Below are positions 29,438 to 39,815 of a stretch of DNA of 64,000 bases, one piece after another (the first letter of the stretch is position 1; the number at the start of each line of letters is the position of its first letter). The notes below the pieces were generated by a model that saw nothing but the letters and a program-made list of their open reading frames with translations, was not told the origin of the DNA and did not search any database. Both the position numbers and the translations under genes were made by a program. The DNA comes from Candidatus Nomurabacteria bacterium. Its GTDB lineage: Bacteria; Patescibacteriota; Minisyncoccia; Phycocordibacterales; UBA2100. The stretch is taken from contig CALRFU010000004.1 in assembly GCA_943356775.1 (NCBI GenBank), forward strand, positions 8,546-72,545, written 5' to 3'.

Positions 29438-30328
29438 GTGAGCGCCTCGCTCTCTTCCGTGCGTTATACTAATCGTGTGGAAATAGAACGCGCGTACAAA
29501 AGCGGGCGTGTTTGTCCTACTTTCGTAGGCAGGCATTCTACCGTCTCTCTCACACAGCATGGTTTCTCTCATATCTTTATTACTGCAGCCGTATCTCTCG
29601 TCGTTCTCGTCGGCGTAGTGGGCTGGCAAATCAACAGTTTCGTGCGCGACCGCAGCGACGCGACATCGTACATTGCCACGTCCGATTCGCTCGACTCTGA
29701 CGCCGCGAACACAGACCCTTTAGCTGACAGCTCTCTCTTTGGTATAGATCCTGGCACCACACCAATTGGCTCTGCAGTGCTGGACAGTGTCGTAGAAAAA
29801 TACTTATCTCTGCAGTCACAAGGTCTTTACACACCCGAGGTAGGAGAGAAAGCTGCAGAAAAGATGGCGGAGGGCCTCACTGCTCCCACAGAGCATCGAA
29901 CCTACGCTGCCGCAGATATCCAGACGAGCGCCGATACATCCTACGCACGCATGATTACGTATCGAACCGACTTGCAACTCTCCCTCATGCCTCTCCTTAA
30001 AAATACCGAGCCTGAATATGAGGTTTTCGCATACTACGTAAGCACACGAGATAAAAAACACCTCGAGAAACTCAAGGCTGCCGCACAAAATTACCGTGCC
30101 GCAGCACAGGCGACCGCACACGTCGTCCCGCCGAAGGACGCGCTCTCTCAGCATGTTGGCATTCTGAACGCGCTCGAAGCATTCGCTGCAGCGCTCGATG
30201 CATTGGCCGTAAACGCAGAGGACCCATTCGCTTCCGTGGTCGTTCTCCGCGGATACAACCAAGCTGAGACCGGTGTCCTCACCTCGTTCGCATCTCTTGC
30301 TAAGTACTACCGAGAGAAACAATCATGA
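29438..30328 (+). CDS. Hypothetical membrane-anchored protein (GTG start) with architecture similar to 28508-29395
   Basis: The product has TM segment ITAAVSLVVLVGVVGW. The stop overlaps the next gene's ATG (ATGA). Confidence 0.4.
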   Translation: MSASLSSVRYTNRVEIERAYKSGRVCPTFVGRHSTVSLTQHGFSHIFITAAVSLVVLVGVVGWQINSFVRDRSDATSYIATSDSLDSDAANTDPLADSSLFGIDPGTTPIGSAVLDSVVEKYLSLQSQGLYTPEVGEKAAEKMAEGLTAPTEHRTYAAADIQTSADTSYARMITYRTDLQLSLMPLLKNTEPEYEVFAYYVSTRDKKHLEKLKAAAQNYRAAAQATAHVVPPKDALSQHVGILNALEAFAAALDALAVNAEDPFASVVVLRGYNQAETGVLTSFASLAKYYREKQS

Positions 30329-32487
30329 GTATGAAACGCTCCCTCTTTGCCATTCTACTGTTCAGTGCGCTCGGTATAGTACCGCTTGTTACTCTCGCTC
30401 AGACTGACATGACAGCACCGACCTCTCCCACGAATCTGCGCGCATCAGCCGTCTCCTCCTCTGCGATTCTTCTAACTTGGAACGCTTCTACGGATGCGAG
30501 CGGGGTACAGGGCTACAAAATATACCGAGCGACTGCTCCAAGTACGACCACCGTACAGGTCGCGACATCGACCACCCTCTCATTCCAAAATTCAGGTCTC
30601 GCCCCTGCGACAAATTACATCTATAGTGTCGCTGCGTACGATACGGCTGGCAATACATCCGCGAAGTCTACGCCCGCATCGACCGCAACGCAGGCGAGTA
30701 CAGGAACTTCGGGGGGAACGGGCTCGACTGGAACGGGGAGCACTGGGGGGACGGGGACAACCGGCACAGGGAGCACGGGTACTGGGAGCACGGGTACTGG
30801 GAGTACGGGTACTGGGAGCACGGGCGGCACAGGAACGGGGAGCGGAACGCCCCCCGCCAGTCTTGACCTTCAGCGACAAGGAATTTTCGATTGTAATCAA
30901 AACGGGGCATACGCAATGAGTGTCGGGGCACTCGGTGCGACGGGCGGCGTGTATGTACCGGTTGCGGACTCGACGGTTGAGCTAAATACCGGCACGCTTG
31001 TCTACAAAGAGTGCGTCTTGAGAGAGGTCGTAAACCGAGAGCGCGAAGCCGCGACTGCTGGTCTCGGAAGAACGGCGATAAGCGCAATCCAAACTGGTCG
31101 CAACGGCTCACCCCAGTATGTGGTAGACCAAGACATGGAGATCCTGCTTGGAGCGAATGACCCTGCCTTTCTTGCTTTCCTGCGAGATGATGCGCTATGG
31201 CAAAATGTGCACCCCGCCATTCGAAATCCCCTCAAGCGCGCTGCGGTACGAGCGTACGAAGCCAAGACTGGTGCTCCCGGAGCAATGATTGCTTGTCCCT
31301 ACAAGGGCGACCTTGAAGCGTTCCGAACCGGCAAAACCAGATTTTCAATAGCGACTTTCCTTGAGGCTACCGCTCCTCAGTGCGACCCGGTAATCGCAGC
31401 TGCTCTCCTCGAGGAGATTAGCAACGCGCGCATCGCGAAGTGCACCCAGTATATACGCGACCAATGGGACTGGGGAGGCGGGTACTACGCAAAGACAGAC
31501 GATCCAAACAACCCTTGCTCGGCGAAAATCCTGACCCCCGCCTCAACCATCCAGCAATCGTTCCAGACTATTATCGACAGCCCCGTGCGCCAGCTTGAAA
31601 GCGCCAACGACATCGGACAAATGATAAACGCCCTGTATGCAGGCTTGACGACGCAGATAATCTCGGACAACAAGGGTCTCGCTGGGCTCACCCAATCCAT
31701 CGCTGGTCAGCCGCGGTACATAGACAGAGTGGTGCAGGAGGCAGCTCAAGGACTCCGCAATGCCGCGACCAACGTTGCCATACAAAATCTCCAGGTCGCA
31801 CAGCGCATAGAGGCTCTGTACTTACAGACGGTAAATGCGATGGGGGCGGCACTCACGACGGCAATACAACAGTTGCGCAGCGCGGAGAAACAGTGTTGGG
31901 ACCTCATCGTCTACCAGAATGACGGAAAGCCCGAGCGGCATGTGTGTGCGGGTCCGCTTGCCGCCGACAAGACATGTACTTCATATGTGGGAGGGTGTAC
32001 GACTGACACTCAAACAGGTACGCAAACATGTCCCGCCGGCGCTGTTCTCCAGGTCTCCACCTCCACCGCATTTTCACAATCGGTTATCACACGAAGTATT
32101 CAACCGCTCGCAACCACAACCTTGGCGCGTATCGAATCGTCGCAAAACGCGCTTAATCTGATTGGTAGATTGATCGAGGGCGTCACGGGCTCTTCACTCG
32201 ACGCCCAGCGCCTTGCAATCGTGCAGCTCAATTCGCTCGTCGCTCAAAAATTGCTCCACATCCAGCCCGACCTCGACGGACCAAATGGCGTCATCAAACA
32301 ATTGGATAATATACAGACAGCAATACTGGGTAGCGAGGGGCTGGTCGTGACGACAATCAAGGCGTGGGCTGACTCAACAAATATCCCCCCAGGATGGTGC
32401 AACGTGAACAATCCGGCGGTCCTCGAGGCATGGAAAAAATGTTGGAATAAAAATAATCCAGACCGCTCCGCCTGCCCTACACCATGA
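30325..32487 (+). CDS. Large secreted protein with a fibronectin type III-like domain and a Gly/Thr low-complexity linker
   Basis: The product has a signal peptide and an FN3-like region NLRASAVSSSAILLTWNASTDASGVQGYKIYRA...YIYSVAAYDTAGN. The linker reads (GSTGT)n. Confidence 0.55.
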   Translation: MSMKRSLFAILLFSALGIVPLVTLAQTDMTAPTSPTNLRASAVSSSAILLTWNASTDASGVQGYKIYRATAPSTTTVQVATSTTLSFQNSGLAPATNYIYSVAAYDTAGNTSAKSTPASTATQASTGTSGGTGSTGTGSTGGTGTTGTGSTGTGSTGTGSTGTGSTGGTGTGSGTPPASLDLQRQGIFDCNQNGAYAMSVGALGATGGVYVPVADSTVELNTGTLVYKECVLREVVNREREAATAGLGRTAISAIQTGRNGSPQYVVDQDMEILLGANDPAFLAFLRDDALWQNVHPAIRNPLKRAAVRAYEAKTGAPGAMIACPYKGDLEAFRTGKTRFSIATFLEATAPQCDPVIAAALLEEISNARIAKCTQYIRDQWDWGGGYYAKTDDPNNPCSAKILTPASTIQQSFQTIIDSPVRQLESANDIGQMINALYAGLTTQIISDNKGLAGLTQSIAGQPRYIDRVVQEAAQGLRNAATNVAIQNLQVAQRIEALYLQTVNAMGAALTTAIQQLRSAEKQCWDLIVYQNDGKPERHVCAGPLAADKTCTSYVGGCTTDTQTGTQTCPAGAVLQVSTSTAFSQSVITRSIQPLATTTLARIESSQNALNLIGRLIEGVTGSSLDAQRLAIVQLNSLVAQKLLHIQPDLDGPNGVIKQLDNIQTAILGSEGLVVTTIKAWADSTNIPPGWCNVNNPAVLEAWKKCWNKNNPDRSACPTP
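30700..30850 (+). repeat. Tandem 15-bp repeat (actgggagcacgggt, about 4-5 copies) encoding GSTGT repeats, inside a wider Gly/Thr/Ser-rich linker
   Basis: The repeat is read directly from the sequence at about 30764-30825. Confidence 0.6.
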
Positions 32488-34964
32488 GTATGTCAACTCG
32501 AAATAACCACGTGCATATCCTAGTGTCTATCATCTTAGTAGGCATGCTGTTACCAGTCTTCGTTGAGGCAATGACAGCGGATGCGTATCTAAGCCTTGTC
32601 GCCACGCAGAGACAACAAAATAAGCAGCGCCCCCTGAACACGGCAGAAACAAACGCAACCGTGACCGCATGGAATTCACTCTCAGAAAATCAACGACTCT
32701 ATGTAGAAAATCGAATAGCGGCAATACAAGCAAACATTGCCCGATACGGCGGCAATCTTCCCATCGGAGCTGCCATAGGAGTGATTGGTAACGGATACGA
32801 TCAGTTGCCACCTAACGAACAGGGAATACTTACTAAAGATGCGAAGGAAGAGGCTGCAAACCCGCAAAAGAGATCGTCCGCATCATGGTGCTCTGGCATT
32901 GTGGACTGTCTAATGCTGATACCAAGTGCGATAGGAAAGGCTATTTTTACACTCCTTGGCGGATTTCTACTTGAACTAAGTAGGGTGATTCTCGGGATCG
33001 CGGGGCTTTTGTTCAATCTATTGATCGAGAAGACCATCATACAATTTGGCACCTTCTACGGGGATATGAAACCCGCGGTCGAGCAAGCCTGGACAGCGTT
33101 TCGCGATATCGCGAATATTCTCATTATTGGAATCTTTACGTTTATCGCAATCTCCATCATTCTCGGACTCAAAGAGTACGGTCAAAAGAAAATGATTGCG
33201 AACGTCCTCATCATCGCAGTGATGATAAATTTCAGTCTGCTGTTTGCAAAAATGATAATCGATGCGTCGAATTACACTGCCGCGCAGATATACACCGCCG
33301 CCGCTCTTGGGGGGACAGGAGGGACAACGGGCGGAACAGCAGGTGCTGCCTCGACACAAACGACCTACGGAATAGCCGACCAGTACATGAACCTGCTTGG
33401 AGTCGGATCGGTGGGTGGGTCCTTTAATGTTCTGTGGGATGTGCCCGGCGCTTGGGCCACCCTTAGTCACAGCATTTTTATGACGATGATTCTGCTGGGC
33501 GCCGCCTTGGTACTTTTTTATGGATGTTTTCTTCTCGCATCACGCATGATTATGCTCATATTCCTTATGGTAACCGCATCAATCGCATTCGCGAGTTATC
33601 TTATTCCTAAGTGGGCAGGAAGCTCTTACGGATGGAGCGCCTGGTGGAGCTCACTCCTCTGGTGCGCGGCGCTCGCACCGATACTCATGTTCTTTCTCTG
33701 GATGACACTCAACGTCTCGTACGCCCTCAAGGGGACTTCGAGCCCAAATTTAAGCGCCGCACTTTCGAACCCCTCGGTTTCGACCATCGGCTTTCTCCTC
33801 AATTACCTTCTTATCCTCGGTCTTCTCTTCGGCACATTCAAGATCTCGAGCATGGCGGCAAACAAGATCGGCGGATTTAGCTTCGCGCAAATGGCAACCG
33901 CGCTTCCGCTCACCATGGGTTCTCGATTCCTTGTAGGAGGCCTGGGGCGATTAGCTGTAGGAGCTCCTGCGTATTTTAAAGGGAAAAGTTTGACCAAGGA
34001 GGCTCGTGGTTTACGCAATGAGGCAGCGCAGGCTGAATTAGCAGCAAAGAGACACGAAAGTTTCGGGAATCTTGGATTGGCGGATCAGGCGCGAGCAGAG
34101 GCGAAGAGAAAGCGAGACGAGGCTGCCGGAAAGATACAGCGAGCCGGTCTTATGGGTACACTTGCCAGTAGTAAGTTTAACGTGATGGATACTGCGGGAG
34201 CTAAAGCCGTTATGGGCGCTGTTGGAGTAAAAGGTTTCGCAGCAGGGGCATCATCTAAAATGATGTTCGAAAAAGGTATCGCAGACCGAGTTGAAACACG
34301 GGCTAAGGCGGCAGAAAAAATGGCGGCAAAGATGGCCCCCTCGACAGAGCAAAACGACGATGCTGAGAACGAAGCGCGGCGTGTTGTTCGCGAACAGAGG
34401 CAGGTGGCACTGGCCCAGCTTGAAGCAACGAGAGATGCTACAAAGACAACTGAGCAGCTCGAACAGAAATTGACTACAGCAAATCAAGACGCTAAGACAG
34501 TTGAGGATACGGCTTCGAAGGAAAAGGCGCGTATCCAAACCGACCCAACGATAGGACAGCAACGGCGACAGGGGCTAATGAAGGCGGAAGACGATAAGAT
34601 CGAGAGAGCTGCCGCGACCGTACAGGCGGTACAAAACAGGATTAACTTCTTAGATAAGCCCGCAAAAGATCATGACGCGGAAACGGAGCGGCTCGCGAAA
34701 AAGGCAGGCGATGACATCGTTGGGGCTATGCGGGACAGCGCCATTGACATTGCCGAACGAATTGGAGAAAAACAAGGAGATATTTTTACGCGCGCATTTG
34801 GAACCCTCAATAGAGAAAATAAAGCTGTTGCCGACGAGACAAAAGATATGTACAAGAAAAAAGTAAAAACTGCGAGGTTCCGAGATGCAATAAAGTTGAC
34901 TCAAGATGAGGATGGAGGGGGTGCCGCACCAGCGGCCGCCGCGCCGACAACCCCCCATCCGTAG
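32484..34964 (+). CDS. VirB6/TrbL-like (PrgH-like) polytopic membrane protein with a long charged coiled-coil C-terminal tail
   Basis: The product has a signal/N-terminal domain, at least six TM helices, and a Lys/Glu/Ala-rich tail. It sits immediately upstream of the VirB3/VirB4 homologues. Confidence 0.5.
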   Translation: MSMSTRNNHVHILVSIILVGMLLPVFVEAMTADAYLSLVATQRQQNKQRPLNTAETNATVTAWNSLSENQRLYVENRIAAIQANIARYGGNLPIGAAIGVIGNGYDQLPPNEQGILTKDAKEEAANPQKRSSASWCSGIVDCLMLIPSAIGKAIFTLLGGFLLELSRVILGIAGLLFNLLIEKTIIQFGTFYGDMKPAVEQAWTAFRDIANILIIGIFTFIAISIILGLKEYGQKKMIANVLIIAVMINFSLLFAKMIIDASNYTAAQIYTAAALGGTGGTTGGTAGAASTQTTYGIADQYMNLLGVGSVGGSFNVLWDVPGAWATLSHSIFMTMILLGAALVLFYGCFLLASRMIMLIFLMVTASIAFASYLIPKWAGSSYGWSAWWSSLLWCAALAPILMFFLWMTLNVSYALKGTSSPNLSAALSNPSVSTIGFLLNYLLILGLLFGTFKISSMAANKIGGFSFAQMATALPLTMGSRFLVGGLGRLAVGAPAYFKGKSLTKEARGLRNEAAQAELAAKRHESFGNLGLADQARAEAKRKRDEAAGKIQRAGLMGTLASSKFNVMDTAGAKAVMGAVGVKGFAAGASSKMMFEKGIADRVETRAKAAEKMAAKMAPSTEQNDDAENEARRVVREQRQVALAQLEATRDATKTTEQLEQKLTTANQDAKTVEDTASKEKARIQTDPTIGQQRRQGLMKAEDDKIERAAATVQAVQNRINFLDKPAKDHDAETERLAKKAGDDIVGAMRDSAIDIAERIGEKQGDIFTRAFGTLNRENKAVADETKDMYKKKVKTARFRDAIKLTQDEDGGGAAPAAAAPTTPHP

Positions 34965-34969
34965 AATAT

Positions 34970-35542
34970 ATGGATGCAACAACCTCTCAAGATAAACTGA
35001 ATGAAAAACTCCAGAAGCGCTTTAAAGAGTTGCCGAAGGTCATACAGGATGCTGTTACCTCAGCTGAGGTTGAAAAACAACTCCGCACATTAGCGGACAC
35101 AAACAAACTGCATATCGACCAGTGGCAACTTCTTGAGAATGAAGTCATGCTTACGCTTTTTGGCTTCCAACCGGCAGAAGAGCTCGCCCATCATCTAAAA
35201 ACTGACCTTGATATCTCTACGGAGAAAGCCGAGCAACTTGCAGTTGAGATTTCTCGAATTGTTTTTGAACCTATCCGCGAAGAACTTGAACGCGAACTTG
35301 AGCATCCGGATGCAAAAGCCGCTGCGGTAAGCGACGTAGAGGGAGCACGCACACAAGCGCTCACTGCTGAAGCCGCCTCAATTGCCCCTGTCGTACCCGC
35401 AGTATTGCCGGCGACGCCACCCGCAGATGCACCCACAACAAAAATAGAACGTGCTCCGGTATCCGAATCGTACAAAGCGGGGGAGACGAGTGCGGCGCGC
35501 AAATCGGTTCACGATGATCCGTATCGTGAGATACCCGCGTGA
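34970..35542 (+). CDS. Hypothetical soluble acidic protein within the type IV secretion-like array
   Basis: The 190-aa product has no TM segment and no recognisable motif. Confidence 0.35.
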   Translation: MDATTSQDKLNEKLQKRFKELPKVIQDAVTSAEVEKQLRTLADTNKLHIDQWQLLENEVMLTLFGFQPAEELAHHLKTDLDISTEKAEQLAVEISRIVFEPIREELERELEHPDAKAAAVSDVEGARTQALTAEAASIAPVVPAVLPATPPADAPTTKIERAPVSESYKAGETSAARKSVHDDPYREIPA

Positions 35543-35583
35543 ATAACGCAGAGTTCGCTCCTCTGCACTGATATACTACAGTC

Positions 35584-36099
35584 ATGCAGTTCCAGGTTCC
35601 TCAATTCATCGAGGTCGAGGATAAAATATTCGGTCCGCTGACCTTCAAACAATTCATCTACGTAGGTGGCGGTCTCGGCGCGTCGTACATTCTCTGGCGC
35701 TTACTGCCTATCTACCTTGCAGGACCTCTGATTGCGGTCGTCGGCGGCACCGCCGCAGGGTTAGCTTTTTTTCAGATCAACGGCAGGCCATTTATTATCG
35801 GTCTCGAGAACGGGTTCTACTTTCTTATACGCAGTAAGCTCTACCTATGGAATAACGCGCGCAAGAAGGGTATTCCTGCCCCGGTCGCACGCGCGCTCGC
35901 AGAGAGCAGGGGTGATGTCTACGTACCCAAGCTTTCCGAAAGTAAGCTGCACGAGCTCTCCTGGAATCTCGATATCAAGGAACGCATCTCTGCGGGAGTC
36001 GCAAATGACGAAGAGCGGCACACAGTCCGGACGGCAGAAAATATCGTAACCCCCATCCGTACGCCACAACAGGCGATGTCATCGCTTTCTTCCCGTTAA
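35584..36099 (+). CDS. VirB3/TcpE/PrgI-like small two-TM membrane protein
   Basis: The product has two adjacent hydrophobic helices after a short N-terminus (FGPLTFKQFIYVGGGLGASYILWRLLPIYLAGPLIAVVGG). It lies directly upstream of VirB4. Confidence 0.4.
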   Translation: MQFQVPQFIEVEDKIFGPLTFKQFIYVGGGLGASYILWRLLPIYLAGPLIAVVGGTAAGLAFFQINGRPFIIGLENGFYFLIRSKLYLWNNARKKGIPAPVARALAESRGDVYVPKLSESKLHELSWNLDIKERISAGVANDEERHTVRTAENIVTPIRTPQQAMSSLSSR

Positions 36100-36105
36100 T
36101 ACCGT

Positions 36106-36768
36106 ATGCCTACTCAAGAAGACAAAGGGCCACGCGCGAGCGCAAAATCGACACAGGACTTCCTGCCGGTTTCTGAGGTGCGCGATGGCGTCATCGTACT
36201 CAAAGACGGCGGCTTGCGGGCGATACTCCTCGCATCCTCCCTCAACTTCGCCCTCAAGTCCGAAGACGAGCAGACTGCATTCATTATGCAGTTCCAAAAT
36301 TTCCTCAACTCGCTCGATTTTTCCGTGCAGATATTTGTGCAGTCGCGCATGCTCGATATCCGGCCCTATGTTGCCACCCTCGAAGTCGCCTACAAAGAAC
36401 AGCTCGACGACCTTATGCGAATCCAAATCCGCGAATACATCCAATTCGTAAAAAGCTTCACCGAAGCCGCAAACATCATGACCAAAAACTTCTTCCTCGC
36501 GGTTCCGTATTCACCTTCGGTTAACATCAAAAGGGGCGGCGTGCGCTCCATGCTTCCGTTCGGGAAAAAAGATGCGAACACGGAAGAAGCGAACCGCACA
36601 TTCGAAGAGCAGGTTTCCCAGCTCGAACAGCGCGTTTCAATTGTGCAACAAGGCCTCATCCGCACGGGAGTACGCACGGTGCAGCTCGGCACTGAAGAGG
36701 TGATAGAGCTTCTCTACAAGATGTTTAATCCCGGCGAGGAGGGCAAACCAATGCCACTGCAAAAATAA
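36106..36768 (+). CDS. VirB4/TraE/PrgJ-family conjugal ATPase, N-terminal domain. The ORF stops 1 nt before the ATPase ORF, which is in a different frame.
   Basis: LPVSEVRDGVIVLKDGGLRAILLASSLNFALKSEDEQ matches the conserved VirB4 N-terminus of Gram-positive T4SS ATPases. Confidence 0.6.
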   Translation: MPTQEDKGPRASAKSTQDFLPVSEVRDGVIVLKDGGLRAILLASSLNFALKSEDEQTAFIMQFQNFLNSLDFSVQIFVQSRMLDIRPYVATLEVAYKEQLDDLMRIQIREYIQFVKSFTEAANIMTKNFFLAVPYSPSVNIKRGGVRSMLPFGKKDANTEEANRTFEEQVSQLEQRVSIVQQGLIRTGVRTVQLGTEEVIELLYKMFNPGEEGKPMPLQK

Positions 36769-36769
36769 T

Positions 36770-38704
36770 ATGGCGCTTCTGGACTTATTCAAGAAAACCA
36801 AGCCCGAAGACGGGCCGAACATCCTCCCCGTCCTACCCGAGGAAATATACAAATCAGGCATTCTGGATTTGCAGGACGTCATCGCGCCGCATGCGCTGCG
36901 TATCAATTCCCGCGAGCTCGACTTGGGCGAGAAAATCGCGCGCACATTCTTCGTCATTTCATATCCACGTTTTTTGACGACGGGCTGGTTCGCACCTATC
37001 ATCAACATGGACAAGGTCATCGATATTTCCATCTTCATACACCCGATGGATACGAATGAGATGCTCCGCAAATTCCAAAAGAAGGTCGCCGAGGTGCAGA
37101 GTCAGATATCCACACGTGAGTCAAAGGGGATGGTGCGCGACCCGATGCTCGATACCGCGTATTCAGACCTCGAACAACTGCGCGATTCTCTCCAGCAAGC
37201 ACAAGAACGCATCTTCGAAGTAGGTCTCTATCTCACCATCTACGGTAGTACGCGCGAAGAGATAGACAAAGTCGAGACAGAAGTACGCTCCATTCTCGAA
37301 TCGCGTCTCGTCTACATCCGACCTGCGCTTTTCCAGCAAGAGCAAGGATTCCGAAGTGTGCTCCCGCTCGCGACTGACGAGATAAACGTCCATACCAAAC
37401 TCAATTCCGCTCCGCTGTCTTCCATATTCCCGTTCATTTCCTTCGACCTCACCTCAGACCGCGGCATTCTCTACGGCATCAACCGTCACAACTCGTCACT
37501 CATCCTTTTCGACCGGTTCAGCCTCGAAAACTACAACTCCGTGACCTTCGCGAAATCCGGCGCGGGAAAATCCTACACGACCAAGCTGGAAATACTCCGG
37601 AGTCTCATGTTCGACACGGAAGTTATCGTAATTGACCCTGAGCGCGAATACGAGTACCTCGCCGAGACGGTCGGCGGACGCTACTTCAACATCTCACTCT
37701 CGTCTGAGCACCACATCAATCCCTTCGACCTGGCCATTCCGAGAGAAGACGAGAACCCCGGCGATATTCTGCGCAACAACATCATCACGCTCGTCGGGCT
37801 CTTCCGCATCATGTTGGGCGGTCTTACACCAGAGGAAGATGCGGTCATTGACCGTGCTATCACAGAGACATACGCCCTGAAAGACATTTCTGCAGATGCA
37901 AATTTCGCCCTCGTCGAACCGCCTCTTCTCAGTGACTTCGAGCTCGTGCTCTCTGGCATGGAAGGGAGCGAGTCTTTGGTCGCGCGATTATCGAAATACA
38001 CAAAAGGCACGTGGTCGGGATTCATGAACCGCCCGACAAATGTCGACATGAACAAAAAACTCATCGTATTCTCCGTACGCGACATGGAAGACGATTTGAA
38101 GCCGGTCGCCATGTACATCATCACGCACCACATTTGGAATGCCGTGCGCAAAGAACTCCGCAAGCGGCTGCTTATCATCGACGAGGCGTGGTGGATGATG
38201 CGCTCAGAAGACACGGCGTCGTTCCTTTTCTCTATCGCAAAGCGCGGACGCAAATACTTCCTCGGCATCTCGACGATTACCCAAGACGTTTCCGACTTCT
38301 TAAACTCGCCCTACGGCATCCCCATGATTACTAACTCCTCGATCCAGATGCTCCTGCGTCAATCGCCCACATCAGTCGACCTTGTGCAACAGACGTTTAA
38401 ACTCTCCGACGAGGAAAAGTACCTGCTCCTCGAATCCGATGTGGGGGAGGGAATTTTCTTCGCGGGTCTCAAACACGTCGCTATCAAAGTCATCGCCTCA
38501 TATACCGAAGACCAGATAATTACTTCCGATCCTTCGCAGATTCTCGCTATCAAGAAAGCAAAACAAGACCTCGCCGCGGCGAATGAGGGAGGGCCCGGTA
38601 CCGCCGAGGTCGCGGCCGGCGCAGCACAGCAGGCTGAACGCGCGCAATCAGCATCAGTTAATTTCAACCCGTCCGAGGCTCCCGCGACGACACCCCAACA
38701 ATGA
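36770..38704 (+). CDS. VirB4/TraE/PrgJ-family conjugal ATPase, central and ATPase domains
   Basis: The Walker A motif is FAKSGAGKSYT and the Walker B-like motif is LLIIDEAWWMM. The conserved region ISYPRFLTTGWFAPIINMD is present. Confidence 0.8.
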   Translation: MALLDLFKKTKPEDGPNILPVLPEEIYKSGILDLQDVIAPHALRINSRELDLGEKIARTFFVISYPRFLTTGWFAPIINMDKVIDISIFIHPMDTNEMLRKFQKKVAEVQSQISTRESKGMVRDPMLDTAYSDLEQLRDSLQQAQERIFEVGLYLTIYGSTREEIDKVETEVRSILESRLVYIRPALFQQEQGFRSVLPLATDEINVHTKLNSAPLSSIFPFISFDLTSDRGILYGINRHNSSLILFDRFSLENYNSVTFAKSGAGKSYTTKLEILRSLMFDTEVIVIDPEREYEYLAETVGGRYFNISLSSEHHINPFDLAIPREDENPGDILRNNIITLVGLFRIMLGGLTPEEDAVIDRAITETYALKDISADANFALVEPPLLSDFELVLSGMEGSESLVARLSKYTKGTWSGFMNRPTNVDMNKKLIVFSVRDMEDDLKPVAMYIITHHIWNAVRKELRKRLLIIDEAWWMMRSEDTASFLFSIAKRGRKYFLGISTITQDVSDFLNSPYGIPMITNSSIQMLLRQSPTSVDLVQQTFKLSDEEKYLLLESDVGEGIFFAGLKHVAIKVIASYTEDQIITSDPSQILAIKKAKQDLAAANEGGPGTAEVAAGAAQQAERAQSASVNFNPSEAPATTPQQ

Positions 38705-38752
38705 ACGTAAGCATCCCAAAGAGGCTGTCTCTCGCGATATACTGAGAGTGTT

Positions 38753-39811
38753 ATGGCGGCTCGCACTCAATTACTGTTCGTCGCCCTCGTCATATGCGCA
38801 TTCTCTGCGTTTACCTCTCCGGCACATGCGCAATTCAGTCTGACGGGCATGGGGAGCGCGCTCTCTATTTCATTTTCTCCCGCAACTCCGTCTCCCGGCG
38901 ACACCGTGACTGTGTCCGTACAAAGCTCTCTCGTTGACATCCAAGACAGTGACATCCTCTGGCAGGCCAACGGGAAGAACGTCGCGCAAGGGAAGGGCGT
39001 CGACTCTGCGAGGGTTATAGCCGGCGCACTCGGCGCCGAAACACGGATTGTAGTCACCGTCGTCACGTCAGACGGCACAAGCGCTTCGACTGAAGCAACC
39101 ATAAACCCGACCGAGCTCGACCTCCTTGTCGACTCTGATTCGTATACACCGCCCTTTTATCGCGGATGGCCGCGTCCGTCAGCGGGTACCAACCTTCGTC
39201 TCCAGGCGTTTCCACGTTTTAAACGGGGGAACGTGACAGTGTCCGCGTCCGAGCTTATATATACATGGCGGCGCAACGGAGAAGTCCTCGGAAGTATTTC
39301 AGGGCGCGGGAAGACATCGGCGGTCGTCCCCGTCGAACACATCTTCGGCACCGACACAATCTCGGTCGAGGCCCGTAGCGCAGACAGCAAAATGTCACAC
39401 GTTTCGTCTATCTCTGTCTCCGCGACCGAACCTACGCTCGCACTCTATGAAGAGCATCCGCTGTACGGAGTTCTGTATCACCGGGCATTCTCCACGTCGG
39501 CATTCATCTCGGGAGTGGAGGCGACATTCGCGGCTGTACCTTTTTTTGCGCAAGCACGGAGCGTATATGACCCCGCCCTTCGTTTCGATTGGCGCGTCAA
39601 CTCCGCGGAAATTCCGGCAAATCTCAAGAATCCAAGCGCCCTCACCATCAACGCGGAGAATTCAAGCGGAGTAGCATTCATCGAACTCCAGGTCACACAC
39701 GCAACAAACTTTTATCTCGATGCAAAAAATACCTGGAATATGAGTTTTTCATCCGGTGCCGATTCCGGAGCATTCGGACAGTTCAATCCGTTCAATAACG
39801 CAACTCAGTAA
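38753..39811 (+). CDS. Hypothetical secreted beta-rich protein with a signal peptide
   Basis: The N-terminus reads LLFVALVICAFSAFTSPAHA. No motif was recognised. Confidence 0.45.
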   Translation: MAARTQLLFVALVICAFSAFTSPAHAQFSLTGMGSALSISFSPATPSPGDTVTVSVQSSLVDIQDSDILWQANGKNVAQGKGVDSARVIAGALGAETRIVVTVVTSDGTSASTEATINPTELDLLVDSDSYTPPFYRGWPRPSAGTNLRLQAFPRFKRGNVTVSASELIYTWRRNGEVLGSISGRGKTSAVVPVEHIFGTDTISVEARSADSKMSHVSSISVSATEPTLALYEEHPLYGVLYHRAFSTSAFISGVEATFAAVPFFAQARSVYDPALRFDWRVNSAEIPANLKNPSALTINAENSSGVAFIELQVTHATNFYLDAKNTWNMSFSSGADSGAFGQFNPFNNATQ

Positions 39812-39815
39812 ACCT

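Noticed and set aside
30494-31111. Alternative-frame ORFs inside the FN3 repeat gene (Pro/Arg/Val-rich)
   Set aside because: They are frame artefacts of the Gly/Thr tandem-repeat DNA.
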